A DNA stretch of 64,000 nucleotides from a candidate division FCPU426 bacterium (GTDB taxonomy: Bacteria; Oederibacteriota; Muellerivitia; Muellerivitales; Muellerivitaceae), in NCBI GenBank assembly GCA_963796105.1, contig CAWCKJ010000009.1, positions 1-64,000 of the forward strand. The letters are read 5' to 3'. The notes below the pieces were generated by a model. The model was not told the origin of the DNA. It searched no databases and saw nothing but the letters and a program-made list of their open reading frames with translations. Position numbers and translations under genes: made by a program. Below are positions 46,201 to 56,486 of the stretch, in pieces. Within the stretch, counting starts at the first letter, position 1, and each line of letters begins with the position of its first letter.

Positions 46201-49149
46201 AGGCGTTGGTGTGGGTGTAATGGTGGGAGTATTGGTGGGTGTCGGCGTCGGGGTTTTGGTCGGGGTGATGGTAGGAGTATTCGTGGGCGACTGGGTCCCG
46301 GTTGGGGTATTTGTGGGTGTAGGGGTAATGGTCGGGGTCGGCGTGGGTGTGGGAGTAGGCGTAGTCGTTGGGGTATTGGTCGTGGTCGGCGTGGGCGTCC
46401 TGGTCGGGGTATTCGTGGGCGTCGGGGTAGGTGTGGTTGTCGGTGTTGGAGTAGGAGTGCGTGTGGGAGTTGGGGTTGGCGTGTTGGTTGGTGTTGGAGT
46501 AGGAGTTGTTGTTGGGGTGGGTGTCGGGGTATTGGTAGGGGTCGGCGTTGGAGTCCTCGTCGGAGTGGGCGTTGGGGTGGTTGTGGGTGTTGGTGTGGGC
46601 GTGTTGGTGGGTGTATTGGTAGGAGTCGGAGTGGGAGTGTTGGTCGGGGTTCGAGTCGGTGTTGGCGTTGGCGTGTTGGTAGGGGTCGGAGTGGGGGTAT
46701 TGGTCGGGGTGGGAGTGGGAGTGGTTGTCGGCGTCGGTGTAGGTGTCCTAGTCGGGGTCGGGGTGGGTGTGTTGGTAGGAGTTGGAGTCGGTGTCGTGGT
46801 CGGGGTTGGAGTAGGCGTGTTGGTGGGCGTAGGAGTTGGGGTTCTCGTAGGGGTTGGTGTCGGGGTCGTAGTGGGTGTAGGAGTAGGCGTATTGGTAGGG
46901 GTCGGGCTAGGAGTAGGGGTGGGCGTGGGGGTGGGTGTCCTGGTAGGTGTGGGCGTAGGAGTTACGGTTGGGGTTGGGGTAGGTGTGTTAGTGGGAGTCG
47001 GGGTGGGTGTTGTTGTGGGTGTGGGTGTCGGGGTACGTGTAGGAGTCGGTGTGGGTGAAGGCGTCGGGGTTGGTGTCGGGGTGTTAGTAGGGGTTGGAGT
47101 CCTGGTTGGCGTAGGGGTCGGGGAAACAGTTGGCGTGGGGGTTGGTGAGGGTGTGGGGGTTGGGGTATTTGTGGGGGTAGGTGTTGGAGTTCTGGTCGGG
47201 GTGTTAGTCGGCGTCGGAGTAGGTGTATTGGTTGGGGTCGGTGTGGGTGTTCGAGTAGGGGTTGGAGATGGCGTTGGGGTCGGCGTGGGGGTTGGCGTAT
47301 TAGTTGGAGTGTTTGTCGGGGTGGGTGTCGGCGTCCTCGTGGGTGTGGGGGTAGGTGAAGGCGTTGGTGTGGGAGTGGGAGTGTTGGTGGGTGTTGGAGT
47401 TGGGGTCCTAGTCGGGGTAGGGGTAGGAGTCGGGGTATTGGTGGGTGTGGGGGTTGGGGTCAGGCTCCTGGTTGGCGTTGGAGAAGGAGTGGGAGTTGGG
47501 GTATTGGTACGGGTAGGAGTCGGTGTATAAGTGAATGTTGGAGTATAAGTGTAAGTATATGTGTAAGTATATGTAAAGGTCGGGGTACTGCACTGTTGGG
47601 TGATGGCTACGGTACTAGTGGTCAATGGACAGCCGGAAATCAATTCGGAATAATCAGTAAATACTGAACAGTTGGCTGGTTGGCTATTGAATTGATAATT
47701 CAATTCCCAAGTTACGCATTGACTGGGTGCCAATCCAAAATAAACAATGGTTGGAGGAACACTGTTATTGCCGCCGGTAGGAGCCGCATAACTGACCCCG
47801 GCACCTGTCACATGAGTGTTTGCGTCATTCATGTTGCAACCGCTGGTATCGCCGCAAAAGCCCAATAAAGCCAGGTTTCCGCCGGCGTATCCCGTGGCTA
47901 CATCCGTAATGGTTACTGACGCTTGGGTAACAGTGCCACTATTGCAAACCGCGATATCGAAAGTAACACCGGTTCCTCCTTGGAAATTGGCCGGAAGGGT
48001 GTTCGCAAGCTTTTTCGATATCGTGAAGGGATTTACTCCGACAGTTACCGCACCTGGCACTCCCGTACCGGCGCTGCTGGTGACCGAGGCCGTGTTGGGA
48101 TAGTTGCCTGTACATGCAGACCCCACCTGCTCAACAACTTTCAAGGTCACCGGAGTCTGACAGGCAGTCAGGTTGCCGACGCTCCAGGTGAGAGTGCCCC
48201 CCGAGTAAGTCGCGGTTCCCTGCCCCGCCGTGGCGCTCGTGTAAGTGAAACAACTCGGCAATGGATCTGTGACTGTGACGTTGGTTTCCGCCGCGATGTT
48301 ATAAACACTCAAGTTCCGGAAAGTGATGTCACCCTGGTTCGCCTGAAAGCCGAAATCACCTGTAGAATAGGTATTCAGGTTGTTGTCCGTGACTGTCAAC
48401 TGCCAGCCCGGTTCCGCCGTGCCCGATTGCCATATTTTCGCTAAAAGCTGGTTGCCGCAAATGCGCACGCGGTAGGAAAACCAGGTGTTGCGCGAAATGC
48501 AGGGAACTGTGGCCTGGGTGGTGGTGGTGTTGTTCCCATCAGTAAAGGAAGTATTGGTACAAGAACTTCCTTGAACTGTGTCGTAGAAAAGCCTGCTGGT
48601 TCCATTACAAGTATCGCTCAACTGCCATTGGTCGGCCCGGAGCATGAAATATTGCTGGCAGTTGGCGTAGCGCGGTATAAAAACAGTGTCGTCATCGCCG
48701 GAGAGAGCTGAATCGGGAAGGCAAGACTCGTAGGTAAATTCAACATTCGGCCCAACTGACACGTTGGATATGATTTGGGGGTATTGGCTTACCGCCGCTG
48801 AGTTGTATGGCCCGTAATTAAGACCCGTGCATCCCCCGGTTTCAGCCCGGATTCCCCAGGAAGCTCCGGTCCAACCATAGGTCGCTCCACTGCTGGCTGT
48901 CCCTGCGTTGGTCCAGCCCGTTGGGACAGATCCGCTGGTTAAAGCATAGGAATCGACTAGGTCCGAGGCTGTGTCGCCTGGTTGCACCACAAGGGTGTAG
49001 GTGATGGGAGCGCAGGGTAAGTAAGAAGTATTGTCCGCGATCTTGGTAACCATGGCGGCGTTCGCAGGCAAGAAGGAACAAACGACTAATGCCAAAACTA
49101 TTAAAAAACTAAGAGACCGGCGAACGGTCAGGTTATCAATTTTTTTCAT
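43270..49149 (-). CDS. Giant secreted Pro/Thr-stalk protein (1959 aa), paralogous tail, different head
   Basis: Signal peptide; lectin-like and DUF11-like head; PT region ~44530-47590; ~420-aa tail aligns with that of 35281..42762. Confidence 0.9.
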   Translation of the reverse strand: MKKIDNLTVRRSLSFLIVLALVVCSFLPANAAMVTKIADNTSYLPCAPITYTLVVQPGDTASDLVDSYALTSGSVPTGWTNAGTASSGATYGWTGASWGIRAETGGCTGLNYGPYNSAAVSQYPQIISNVSVGPNVEFTYESCLPDSALSGDDDTVFIPRYANCQQYFMLRADQWQLSDTCNGTSRLFYDTVQGSSCTNTSFTDGNNTTTTQATVPCISRNTWFSYRVRICGNQLLAKIWQSGTAEPGWQLTVTDNNLNTYSTGDFGFQANQGDITFRNLSVYNIAAETNVTVTDPLPSCFTYTSATAGQGTATYSGGTLTWSVGNLTACQTPVTLKVVEQVGSACTGNYPNTASVTSSAGTGVPGAVTVGVNPFTISKKLANTLPANFQGGTGVTFDIAVCNSGTVTQASVTITDVATGYAGGNLALLGFCGDTSGCNMNDANTHVTGAGVSYAAPTGGNNSVPPTIVYFGLAPSQCVTWELNYQFNSQPANCSVFTDYSELISGCPLTTSTVAITQQCSTPTFTYTYTYTYTYTPTFTYTPTPTRTNTPTPTPSPTPTRSLTPTPTPTNTPTPTPTPTRTPTPTPTNTPTPTPTPSPTPTPTRTPTPTPTNTPTNTPTPTPTPTPSPTPTRTPTPTPTNTPTPTPTNTPTRTPTPTPTNTPTPTPSPTPTPTVSPTPTPTRTPTPTNTPTPTPTPSPTPTPTRTPTPTPTTTPTPTPTNTPTPTPTVTPTPTPTRTPTPTPTPTPSPTPTNTPTPTPTTTPTPTPTRTPTPTPTNTPTPTPTTTPTPTPTNTPTPTPTRTPTPTPTTTPTPTPTNTPTPTPTNTPTPTPTRTPTNTPTPTPTNTPTNTPTPTPTTTPTPTPTRTPTPTPTNTPTPTPTTTPTPTPTNTPTPTPTRTPTPTPTTTPTPTPTNTPTRTPTPTTTNTPTTTPTPTPTPTPTITPTPTNTPTGTQSPTNTPTITPTKTPTPTPTNTPTITPTPTPTNTPTRTPTPTPTPTPTTTPTPTPTNTPTPTPTNTPTPTPTTTPTPTPTRTPTPTPTNTPTPTPTLTPSPTPTNTPTPTPTNTPTPTPTTTPTPTPTRTPTPTPTNTPTPTPTTTPTPTPTNTPTSTPTRTPTPTPTITPTPTMTPTPTITPTPTNTPTGTQPPTNTPTITPTKTPTPTPTPTPTVTPTPTPTNTPTSTPTNTPTPTPTTTPTPTPTNTPTRTPTPTPTSTPTTTPTPTPTNTPTSTPTNTPTPTPTTTPTPTPTSTPTVTPTPTNTSTGTTSPTNTFTVTPTLTPSPTPTSTPTTTPTPTPTATPTSTPTNTSTNTPTTTPTPTFTNTPTQTPTSTYTDTYTDTPTWTYTPLFTPTNSYTPTDTSTPTETYTPTPTPTNTPTSTPTNTPTNTNTPTDTATSTNTNTPTNTPTNTPTSTTSNTPTNTNTPTDTATPTNTNTATNTYTATNTPTNTNTPTNTNTPTNTNTATNTPTPTNTYTATNTPTNTNTPTATNTATNTPTPTPTRTPTNTPTPTNTLTATNTPTNTNTLTPTPTATFTPTPTPAAALTLQKQESESTGSSGDMVTYTLNVNVSNANAPGVVVQDQLPPNCTFVAFGVSPAGTSAVTTVSGGVTMMNWTLPTLTPGNYQLTYTVSINSFTPAGPIVNCAVLTYPGISPLSSCATLMVTGSYTVKIGVYNEAGELVKTLLVTQYSQPLVDLQLKNGDLINGLNDPILIYDQNTQITVWNGTDQNGNPVPNGDYYVKVDNVDSFGVDKSVVLNVVVSRSLEKVTIDIYNEAGEIVDTLYSVVEDPQGTVITGVKLSGTVLEPGSPTDGNLIITTNNGVTAIWTGYASSGVVVPNGKYFIEVHSTDGKGGETVIVTSVMVLNNAKQTVPKVWAYPNPLTGGFSQVEFQGSVTNVNLTVRIYDLAGELVTELKGAGGTSRVTWNAAGISSGLYIAKVEQKDLTGKIIAKQTIKVLVEH

Positions 49150-49529
49150 ATTAAAATTCTAAATCCTAATTATTACTTACAAACTCGAACATCCATTACA
49201 AACGTTATGAGTAATTATCTCGCAAAAGATGGTTAATTTTATTATAAAACCTGCAAAAAACGTTCCACCTTCAGGTATTTTTTAGGGCCTAAAAACGTGA
49301 TATTTCAGCCAAATCATCCCGAAAAGATTGGAAATCCAGGAATCAATTCCAAAAATGTCAGTTTTTTTGTTTTTCTAGGGTTTATTTTGACTATCTATGG
49401 TTAATCCCCATGATACTTGGCGAGTGGGGTATTCTTAAAAGAAGTGCATTGATCCCTGAAAATTAGGAAAATGATTCACTCCGTTTTGTTTCCCAAAATC
49501 AAAAACGATAACTTCATCGGTAGGATCAA

Positions 49530-51572
49530 ATGCTGGAAACTGACCCTAAAATCCAAAAACGTAAAATATTCACCCTGACTCGGCTTCTGGTAATTTTAAT
49601 CTTGGCGGGAATTTCCATTTTAATCTGGACACTCCACCAACGCGCTGAGCGGGAAAAAATTGAGAACAGGCCCGACATTCTGGAACCCCTGGCTTTCCAG
49701 CCGCTACCCCTCGGGGCCATCAAGCCCAAAGGCTGGCTATTGGACCAGCTCCAGCTTCAGGCAAGCGGACTCTCGGGGCATCTGGACGAATTCTGGCCTG
49801 ATATCTCTCAGAGCGGCTGGATTGGGGGCAAGGGAGAAGGTTGGGAGCGAGGGCCCTATTGGCTGGACGGCGTTGTTCCCCTCGCGTTCTTGCTTGATGA
49901 CCCTAAGCTCAAAAAAAAAGTCACCCATTGGATGGACTATATCCTTAACCACCAGCTTCCCGACGGATGGCTGGGACCCGAACAAGGCGCTACCCCTTAC
50001 GGTTTCAAGCCCTACCAGAATCCAGTGCGCGACCCATGGCCGCAATTCGTCATTCTCAAGGCCATGTCCCAATACGAGGAAGCCACCGGCGACAAGAGAA
50101 TCATTCCGGCAATGCGGAAAGATCTCCAAAGCTTGAACACCCAACTGGACCAGAGAAAATTATTCGGTTGGAATTTCTTCAGGTGGCAGGACCTTTTGGT
50201 CAGTATCTACTGGCTTTACGACCGGACCGGAGAGTCCTGGCTTTTGGAACTGGCGAGGAAGACGGCCATCCAGGGTTATAATTGGCCTAAGCATTTCTCC
50301 GACTTGCCGGTCAAGGAAAAGACCAAGGAATGGAACATGGTGGCCCACGTGGTCAATAACGCCATGGGCCTTAAGGCCCCGGCCATCCTCTACCGCCTGA
50401 CGGGAGAAGACTTGTTCAAAAAGTCATCGCTGAAAGCCCTGCAGGAGCTGGATCGCTGGCACGGCGAACCCAACGGCCTTATGAGCGGCGATGAGTGCCT
50501 AGCGGGAAGGAGTCCCTCTCAAGGCACGGAATTATGCGCCATCGTGGAAACCATGTTCTCCCTGGAAACTGACCTGTCAATCCTTGGAAGCACCGTCTTC
50601 GCCGACCGTCTGGAAAAAATCGCCTTCAACGCCCTCCCTGCCGCCTTCACGAATGACTATTGGTGCCATCAATATGTGGAGCAATCTAACCAGGTCGTCT
50701 GTGCTTTTTTTAAGGAGCCTGTTTATTCCACAAACACCGGCGGCGCCAACATTTTCGGTTTGGAACCCCATTACGGTTGCTGCACCTCCAATATGCACCA
50801 GGGATGGCCCAAGCTGGTTTCCCATTTGTGGATGAAAACACCGGATGGGGGTTTAGCAGCCGTGGCCTACGCGCCAAGCTTGGTGGAGTACCAGTTTTCA
50901 GGCGTCCCCGTTCGAATTGAGCTGGAAACGAATTATCCCTTCAGCGAGGACCTGCTTTTTAAGGTTTCGGTTCCCAATGTTGTTGAATTCCCTCTCTATT
51001 TACGCGTGCCGGGTTGGGCGGAAGGGGCCACTTTAAAAATGCCTGATGGAAGCATTCAAACCCTCAAGGCTGGCTGTTACCAAAAAATATTGCGCGCCTG
51101 GGCTGGAAATCAAACTTTATCCCTACATTTGCCGATGAACTTCCGGTTGTATGGGGGCATGAATGATTCCGTAAGCGTGGAGAGGGGGCCTTTGGTATAC
51201 AGCCTGGGTCTCAAGGAAAACTGGGTAAAATTCCAGCCATTCAGGTTCCAACCCCGGAATAATCCTAAGAATGATTTCGCAGTCTTGCCCCAAAGTCCTT
51301 GGAATTACGGGCTGGTGCTTGACAAAAGCCATCTCGGCAAATCGCTGACATTTCAGGACAGCCCTCTTAAGGGAAATCCCTTTTCATCAGAAGGTACTCC
51401 AGAACATATCTTGGTGCAAGCCAAGCGTATTCCAAACTGGATGGATTCCCAAGGAGCGCCTTCCCCCCCTCCCCAAAGCCCTGTCAAGACTGACGTTTCC
51501 GCGGAGGGATTAACCCTTGTTCCATATGGATCCACCCGTTTGCGAGTCACCGAATTCCCGGTTTGTAAATAA
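49530..51572 (+). CDS. GH127-like beta-L-arabinofuranosidase, N-terminal membrane anchor
   Basis: GWERGPYWLDG, HVVN, SGDE, GTELCAIVE, LEKIAFNALP, YGCCTSNMHQGWPK, RGPLVY. Confidence 0.9.
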   Translation: MLETDPKIQKRKIFTLTRLLVILILAGISILIWTLHQRAEREKIENRPDILEPLAFQPLPLGAIKPKGWLLDQLQLQASGLSGHLDEFWPDISQSGWIGGKGEGWERGPYWLDGVVPLAFLLDDPKLKKKVTHWMDYILNHQLPDGWLGPEQGATPYGFKPYQNPVRDPWPQFVILKAMSQYEEATGDKRIIPAMRKDLQSLNTQLDQRKLFGWNFFRWQDLLVSIYWLYDRTGESWLLELARKTAIQGYNWPKHFSDLPVKEKTKEWNMVAHVVNNAMGLKAPAILYRLTGEDLFKKSSLKALQELDRWHGEPNGLMSGDECLAGRSPSQGTELCAIVETMFSLETDLSILGSTVFADRLEKIAFNALPAAFTNDYWCHQYVEQSNQVVCAFFKEPVYSTNTGGANIFGLEPHYGCCTSNMHQGWPKLVSHLWMKTPDGGLAAVAYAPSLVEYQFSGVPVRIELETNYPFSEDLLFKVSVPNVVEFPLYLRVPGWAEGATLKMPDGSIQTLKAGCYQKILRAWAGNQTLSLHLPMNFRLYGGMNDSVSVERGPLVYSLGLKENWVKFQPFRFQPRNNPKNDFAVLPQSPWNYGLVLDKSHLGKSLTFQDSPLKGNPFSSEGTPEHILVQAKRIPNWMDSQGAPSPPPQSPVKTDVSAEGLTLVPYGSTRLRVTEFPVCK

Positions 51573-51636
51573 TGAATATTTGACACCCATGAATGCGAGA
51601 AGAAATATTTCCTGAACCACAGGCAGGAAAAAGCTT

Positions 51637-54438
51637 TTATTCCCTCGGACTTTGAAGCATGAAAAGATAATCCCTCAAGGCTTCCCGTTGTTTCTGGGAA
51701 TCCCCATGGAAATATTGCGTAATCGGCGAGGCACCCTGGGGCCAGAAACCAGGCATGCGGGTTCCCGGCATGAGGTCGTCCGGATTTTTCAGCCATTCCA
51801 CCACCCAATCCGGCTTTAAACGCATATGCACTTTCAACAAATCCGGCGCCGCAGAATTGAGATCCGGCGGAATCTTATTACCTAATACGTGGCACTTTTG
51901 GCACTGTAATTTGCCGAACAGGGCATGTGCCTGGGCCAAATCATTTCCCTTCAAGGGGGTCGTGGAATAATCCTTGAAAGGGAATACTTGGTCATCCCTT
52001 AGGTTGAAATAAGATATGACATTGCTGGTGTCCTCGTCATTCCAATGAAAGCTAGGCATGCGAATGTGAAGCCAAGGCCGGATGGCTTGAACATTCGTTA
52101 GAAAATCATGGAACCAGCCAATTTGAACCTTGGAACCTTCCTTGCGAAGGTTGGGGGGAGCCAGTGAAAAATCCAAACCCTCTTTCTCATATATTTGCCT
52201 GATCTTACCACCCTGGTCCTCGATCAGATGGCAACCCCTGCAATTGAACTTGGCGATAACCCGCCGCCCTTTTTCCAATAGGGGTCCATTTCCATGGATA
52301 CCCGCCATCATCTCATCGGGTATGTAGCTGTTGGTTAGTCCCAAGACCGCTGTTACGATCGCATCCCGGTCGGAATCCGAAAGGTAAAAGTTAGGCATCT
52401 TCAGCCGGTCTTGGAAAGCCTGAACCCGGATATCATAAAACTGGCGGGGATTGGAAAGCTTCGCGTTGATAAAAGCCTCGTGTGTATGAGGCAGATTAGT
52501 CAGGCCGAAATCAATCTGGCTAATCTGCTTGGAACCCCATTCGGACAATTCGGTTCCTATACCCTGGGCCGTCTCAAAACCCTGGATTATATGACAGCCG
52601 TAACAACCGTACTTAACCAGACTCTTCTGTCCCAAAAGCTTTTGCTTGTCCGCCTCAGCCATTGCTCTGACCTGGGATTGGGCGGCGGTCTGGCCCATTT
52701 GAATTTTCAAGTAATCCACCAGTAAAGCATCCCGCGCGGTCAGATCGGCTTTTGGGGATTCCAGTTGCTCGAAGTCAATATTTCTCTTTGAAGAGAGATA
52801 AGCGGTAAGATCGGAAGCCTCCTTGGCCGACAACCTCAGATTGGGCATGCGCGTATCGGGATCATAACGGCGGGGATCCTTGATCCAACTGTAGATCCAG
52901 GGAGATGAAAGTTTACTTCCCACGGATGAAAGGTCCGGAGCAAAATTCGCGTGGTAACTGGTGATGTCATCGATTCCGTGGCAGGCCGCGCAGCCCACCG
53001 TCTTGAAAAGTTTCTTACCTTCCACGGCATTGCCGGGAAGGGGCGATTCCATGGGGCGGTAGTCCCCCGAGTGGTCGTAAAGATAATCCACAATGGAAGT
53101 CATCTCGGCTTTGGTCTTGGCGAGACCTTCCTTGTCCTTATTGTTGTCTTGCTGGAAATAACTGGGCATCCGAGCCTCGGGATTGTAGGCGTGTGGATTC
53201 CAAACCCACTTCAGGACAAAATTTCTTTGAAGTTTTCCTTTGATCCTCAGCAGATTGGGCCCAGCTTTCGGCATGTTTTCGAGGTTCTTGACCTTGTGGC
53301 AACCCACGCAACCCCTTACCACCATGAGTTCCCTACCCTTATCCAACGTTGGGGCGAAGTTGACGTGTTGTTGAGTCCCATGGCACTTGAGACAGGAACC
53401 CTCGGTATACTTCAAGGGAAGCATGGGAACGGGCACACCCTCCGGTTCTTTCCAGCCGAATTTCTTTTTCCACTTAAGGGCCATTTCCTCGTTATTAGGA
53501 ACATGAGCGCAGGTATTGAAGTTGACGGCTTCCCCCACACCTCCATGGCAAACCGTACAACCGATCTTATCCAGAGGATGGGGGCTGGTGGCGCCTAGGT
53601 AGAGATCCAAATGGGGGTGGGTTCGGTACGGCTGGGGGGCGTCCTCAAAACCCTTTTGGTCGATTGCCAAGTGGCAGGTCGTACACCTGTCCACCCTCAT
53701 GGTACGGGCAAAGTAAAGATCCTCAGGCAGGTTCTTCAACACAATCTGGTTCACCTTCAGGGTTGGGGACATGAAATCTAAAAGCATCGCGTTCCGGAAT
53801 TGGAAGATAGAGTTGAAACTTAAATTCCGATACTTGGTTTTTAGGAGATTGAGTTTGGCCGTGAGTTTTTTGATCCGGTCAGAGAGGTCATCCCGCCGGC
53901 CGTTTATGGCAGATAATGCTTTCTCGGTCTCTCCCTGGGCCTGTCGAAGCTCAAAAAGCTTCTGGTTCATCCGGTTGGCGTCGTCGATAAGGCCGTTGAG
54001 TTTTTTCTCAAGACCCGGGTTTTCCCGGTGTTCCTTCAGGAAATGCTCGGTATAGTCATATTTAACCGCGTCGATCCGGGCTTTTCCAAGGAGATAATCG
54101 CCGTTCAGCTTGTAGATTTGAGCGTCCTTGAGCGCTATTTCCTTCTGGAAGTTTTCAATTTGGTCACCGTGAGATTTCAAATCATGGTTGGCTTCCTGCA
54201 AGTCAGCTTGTAATTGATTAACCTGGGTCCAGTCCACTTCCGAGTTCACCAGCGGGTACTGCTCCCGGATCTTGGCCCTTTGAAGTCGCATGAAACCGCG
54301 CTGGTAGGCTTTCCAGGGCTTGTTGTAGTCGAACCAGGCCATCAGGACCACGCAAACGAGCAAAGCCATGCTGGACCCAAGAAAAACCTTGGTCAAAGTA
54401 TGGACGTTGTAAACCCGTTCGTCCTTGATATCAGCCAA
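51637..54438 (-). CDS. Membrane-anchored octaheme cytochrome c of a Rieske/cyt b complex
   Basis: Eight CxxCH motifs (CTTCH, CTVCH, CLKCH, CVGCH, CAACH, CYGCH, CRGCH, CQKCH); N-terminal TM and coiled coil; RMP/KMP Met-ligand motifs. Confidence 0.92.
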   Translation of the reverse strand: MADIKDERVYNVHTLTKVFLGSSMALLVCVVLMAWFDYNKPWKAYQRGFMRLQRAKIREQYPLVNSEVDWTQVNQLQADLQEANHDLKSHGDQIENFQKEIALKDAQIYKLNGDYLLGKARIDAVKYDYTEHFLKEHRENPGLEKKLNGLIDDANRMNQKLFELRQAQGETEKALSAINGRRDDLSDRIKKLTAKLNLLKTKYRNLSFNSIFQFRNAMLLDFMSPTLKVNQIVLKNLPEDLYFARTMRVDRCTTCHLAIDQKGFEDAPQPYRTHPHLDLYLGATSPHPLDKIGCTVCHGGVGEAVNFNTCAHVPNNEEMALKWKKKFGWKEPEGVPVPMLPLKYTEGSCLKCHGTQQHVNFAPTLDKGRELMVVRGCVGCHKVKNLENMPKAGPNLLRIKGKLQRNFVLKWVWNPHAYNPEARMPSYFQQDNNKDKEGLAKTKAEMTSIVDYLYDHSGDYRPMESPLPGNAVEGKKLFKTVGCAACHGIDDITSYHANFAPDLSSVGSKLSSPWIYSWIKDPRRYDPDTRMPNLRLSAKEASDLTAYLSSKRNIDFEQLESPKADLTARDALLVDYLKIQMGQTAAQSQVRAMAEADKQKLLGQKSLVKYGCYGCHIIQGFETAQGIGTELSEWGSKQISQIDFGLTNLPHTHEAFINAKLSNPRQFYDIRVQAFQDRLKMPNFYLSDSDRDAIVTAVLGLTNSYIPDEMMAGIHGNGPLLEKGRRVIAKFNCRGCHLIEDQGGKIRQIYEKEGLDFSLAPPNLRKEGSKVQIGWFHDFLTNVQAIRPWLHIRMPSFHWNDEDTSNVISYFNLRDDQVFPFKDYSTTPLKGNDLAQAHALFGKLQCQKCHVLGNKIPPDLNSAAPDLLKVHMRLKPDWVVEWLKNPDDLMPGTRMPGFWPQGASPITQYFHGDSQKQREALRDYLFMLQSPRE

Positions 54439-54450
54439 TGAACTTTCCTT

Positions 54451-55536
54451 TCAAATATTAAAAAAGAATTCTGGAATGGAGATGATGTATTTCAGGTTCA
54501 AAACCCACCTCAGGATCATTTTGATCGGAAGCGCCGCCATCATGAGGGACAAGTTGATCAGGATGGCGTAGCGCACGATGCCCATCCGTTCCAACAATCT
54601 ACCAAAGAGAGGCACCATCTTGGTCAAAAGAGGCGGCAAACCAGTAAAATAAAGGATCACGATCAGGAATCCCCAGATCTCCCGAAGAAACCAGTTGTGC
54701 GGCAGGCCCATCCCCAGCCATTTCACCCAAACATATTCTGAGACGTTTACATTGTTCAAGACCACCACTTTATGGATGTCCCATTCCTCAAAGGGACCAA
54801 AAAAGTTCCATGCAGGTCCGCGGAGGAAAGTGCCCAGGAAGATAAGGGTGACCCAAAGGATAAAAAAGCCGAAGAGGAACGGAATGATCGCCATCTTGCG
54901 CTCATTGAAGGTGTAATATCCGTTTCCGGCGGGATTCTTATCAATATAAGGAATGGACATAAGACCCACGATAATGAATGTTGGAAATACCACCCCGGCA
55001 AGCCAGGGGTCGTAATAAACCAGCATCTCCTGCAGGCCCAGGAAATACCAGGGCGCCTTGGAAGGATTAGGAGTCCAAGCAGGCGTAGCAGGCTCCTCCA
55101 GAGGCGCTTTCAGATAGAAGGACCAGGCCAGAAGTGCCACTCCCGCGATGACCGTGACGATAAACTCGATATAAACCAAGTCGGGCCAGACATATGTTTT
55201 CTTGTCTGAAGTCTCCTTTTCCACGGGACCTTGGCCCTGTGCCAGCCGTTTGTCGTTCACAGTCGCTTGCCGGAAGGATAGCCAAGTAAAGAAAGCCACA
55301 GAGAAAACCATGATGAAGATGGGGAAATTATCAGCCTTTGTAGAAATTTCACGGAAATGGCCGTTGAACATGGAGAGTCCTAAAATAGCCAACACACCAA
55401 GGAAAAGTTTCAAGACGAATTTGGGTTCTGTCCATTTGTCTCGGTAATGGATCATGGCCCAAAAACCTGTGACCGAGAAAATGAAATACATATAGGGCTG
55501 GAACAGAAAATTTGTGACTTGAATTAAGTAGTGCAT
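54451..55536 (-). CDS. Cytochrome b6 subunit IV-like polytopic protein (extended)
   Basis: VWPDL, APLEEPA, TPNPSKAPWYFLGLQEML (PEWY-equivalent), PYID; extra TM helices. Confidence 0.85.
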   Translation of the reverse strand: MHYLIQVTNFLFQPYMYFIFSVTGFWAMIHYRDKWTEPKFVLKLFLGVLAILGLSMFNGHFREISTKADNFPIFIMVFSVAFFTWLSFRQATVNDKRLAQGQGPVEKETSDKKTYVWPDLVYIEFIVTVIAGVALLAWSFYLKAPLEEPATPAWTPNPSKAPWYFLGLQEMLVYYDPWLAGVVFPTFIIVGLMSIPYIDKNPAGNGYYTFNERKMAIIPFLFGFFILWVTLIFLGTFLRGPAWNFFGPFEEWDIHKVVVLNNVNVSEYVWVKWLGMGLPHNWFLREIWGFLIVILYFTGLPPLLTKMVPLFGRLLERMGIVRYAILINLSLMMAALPIKMILRWVLNLKYIISIPEFFFNI

Positions 55537-55581
55537 CTATCCTCAATTAATCGTTTTAAACTTCTCTTCATAAACAGATTC

Positions 55582-56418
55582 TTACAGGGGCCCTGAAATG
55601 CCGCCGTCCTTGCGCACCCGCCAAAAATGAACCGCCATAAAGGTTGCGGCTACAATCGGAATGAACACACAATGAAGCACATAAAAACGGAGCAGGGTCG
55701 CCTCAGAAACGAAATGCCCTCCTAAAAGGGCAAAATGAATGTCCGATCCTCCGTGCACCAGATGGACTCCCCCTATTTGAATCATGGAAGCTCCAGGTCC
55801 TTCGTAACCCAGGAATGGAGTGGCGCGCGCCATGTTGGTACCCACTGTGATGGCCCACATGGCCAACTGATCCCAAGGGAGCAGATAACCTGTAAAGGAA
55901 AGAAGGAGCGTCAATACCAGAAGCACTACGCCTACCACCCAATTGAATTCTCTTGGCGGTTTATAGGAACCTGTCATAAAAACCCTGAACATATGAAGCC
56001 AAACCGCGATGACCATAGCATGGGCTCCCCAACGGTGGATTTCCCGCATGATTCCCAATGGAACATGTTCCCTCAGGGCCACGATATCATTGAAGGCGTA
56101 TTCAGCGGTCGGTCTGTAATAAAACATCAAAAGCAATCCAGAAATGGTGAGATTCAAAAAAAGGAAGAAGGACAATCCGCCCATGCACCAGGTATAGCTC
56201 ATCTTGATCCCAGAATAACGCACCTTAACCGGATGCAAATGCAGGAAAACGTTCGAGAGCACCGCCATGATCCGGTTTCGGGGCGTATCGGGATATCCAT
56301 GCCGGAAAATAGATTTCCAAACCTGTCCCTCGGATACAGCCTTTTTCACCAACGAAAGCGCCGGGGCCTTCGCCCTTAAATCGCTGATCGTTTTTTTAAG
56401 TCCTTCCAGCATTCCCAT
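55582..56418 (-). CDS. Cytochrome b6-like subunit (split cyt b, N-terminal part)
   Basis: [42 protein letters not shown]. Confidence 0.93.
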   Translation of the reverse strand: MGMLEGLKKTISDLRAKAPALSLVKKAVSEGQVWKSIFRHGYPDTPRNRIMAVLSNVFLHLHPVKVRYSGIKMSYTWCMGGLSFFLFLNLTISGLLLMFYYRPTAEYAFNDIVALREHVPLGIMREIHRWGAHAMVIAVWLHMFRVFMTGSYKPPREFNWVVGVVLLVLTLLLSFTGYLLPWDQLAMWAITVGTNMARATPFLGYEGPGASMIQIGGVHLVHGGSDIHFALLGGHFVSEATLLRFYVLHCVFIPIVAATFMAVHFWRVRKDGGISGPL

Positions 56419-56486
56419 CTCCTCCCCCTATAAATTCCGGAAATCGAACCCAGAATTCAACCCTTCAATCCTCGTTTATAATCTTT

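Noticed and set aside
36406..47530. Long poly-Val/Gly and Arg/Gly-rich ORFs on the + strand and alternative - frames
   Set aside because: Automatic antisense or frame-shifted read-through of Pro/Thr codons; no SD, signal or domain content.
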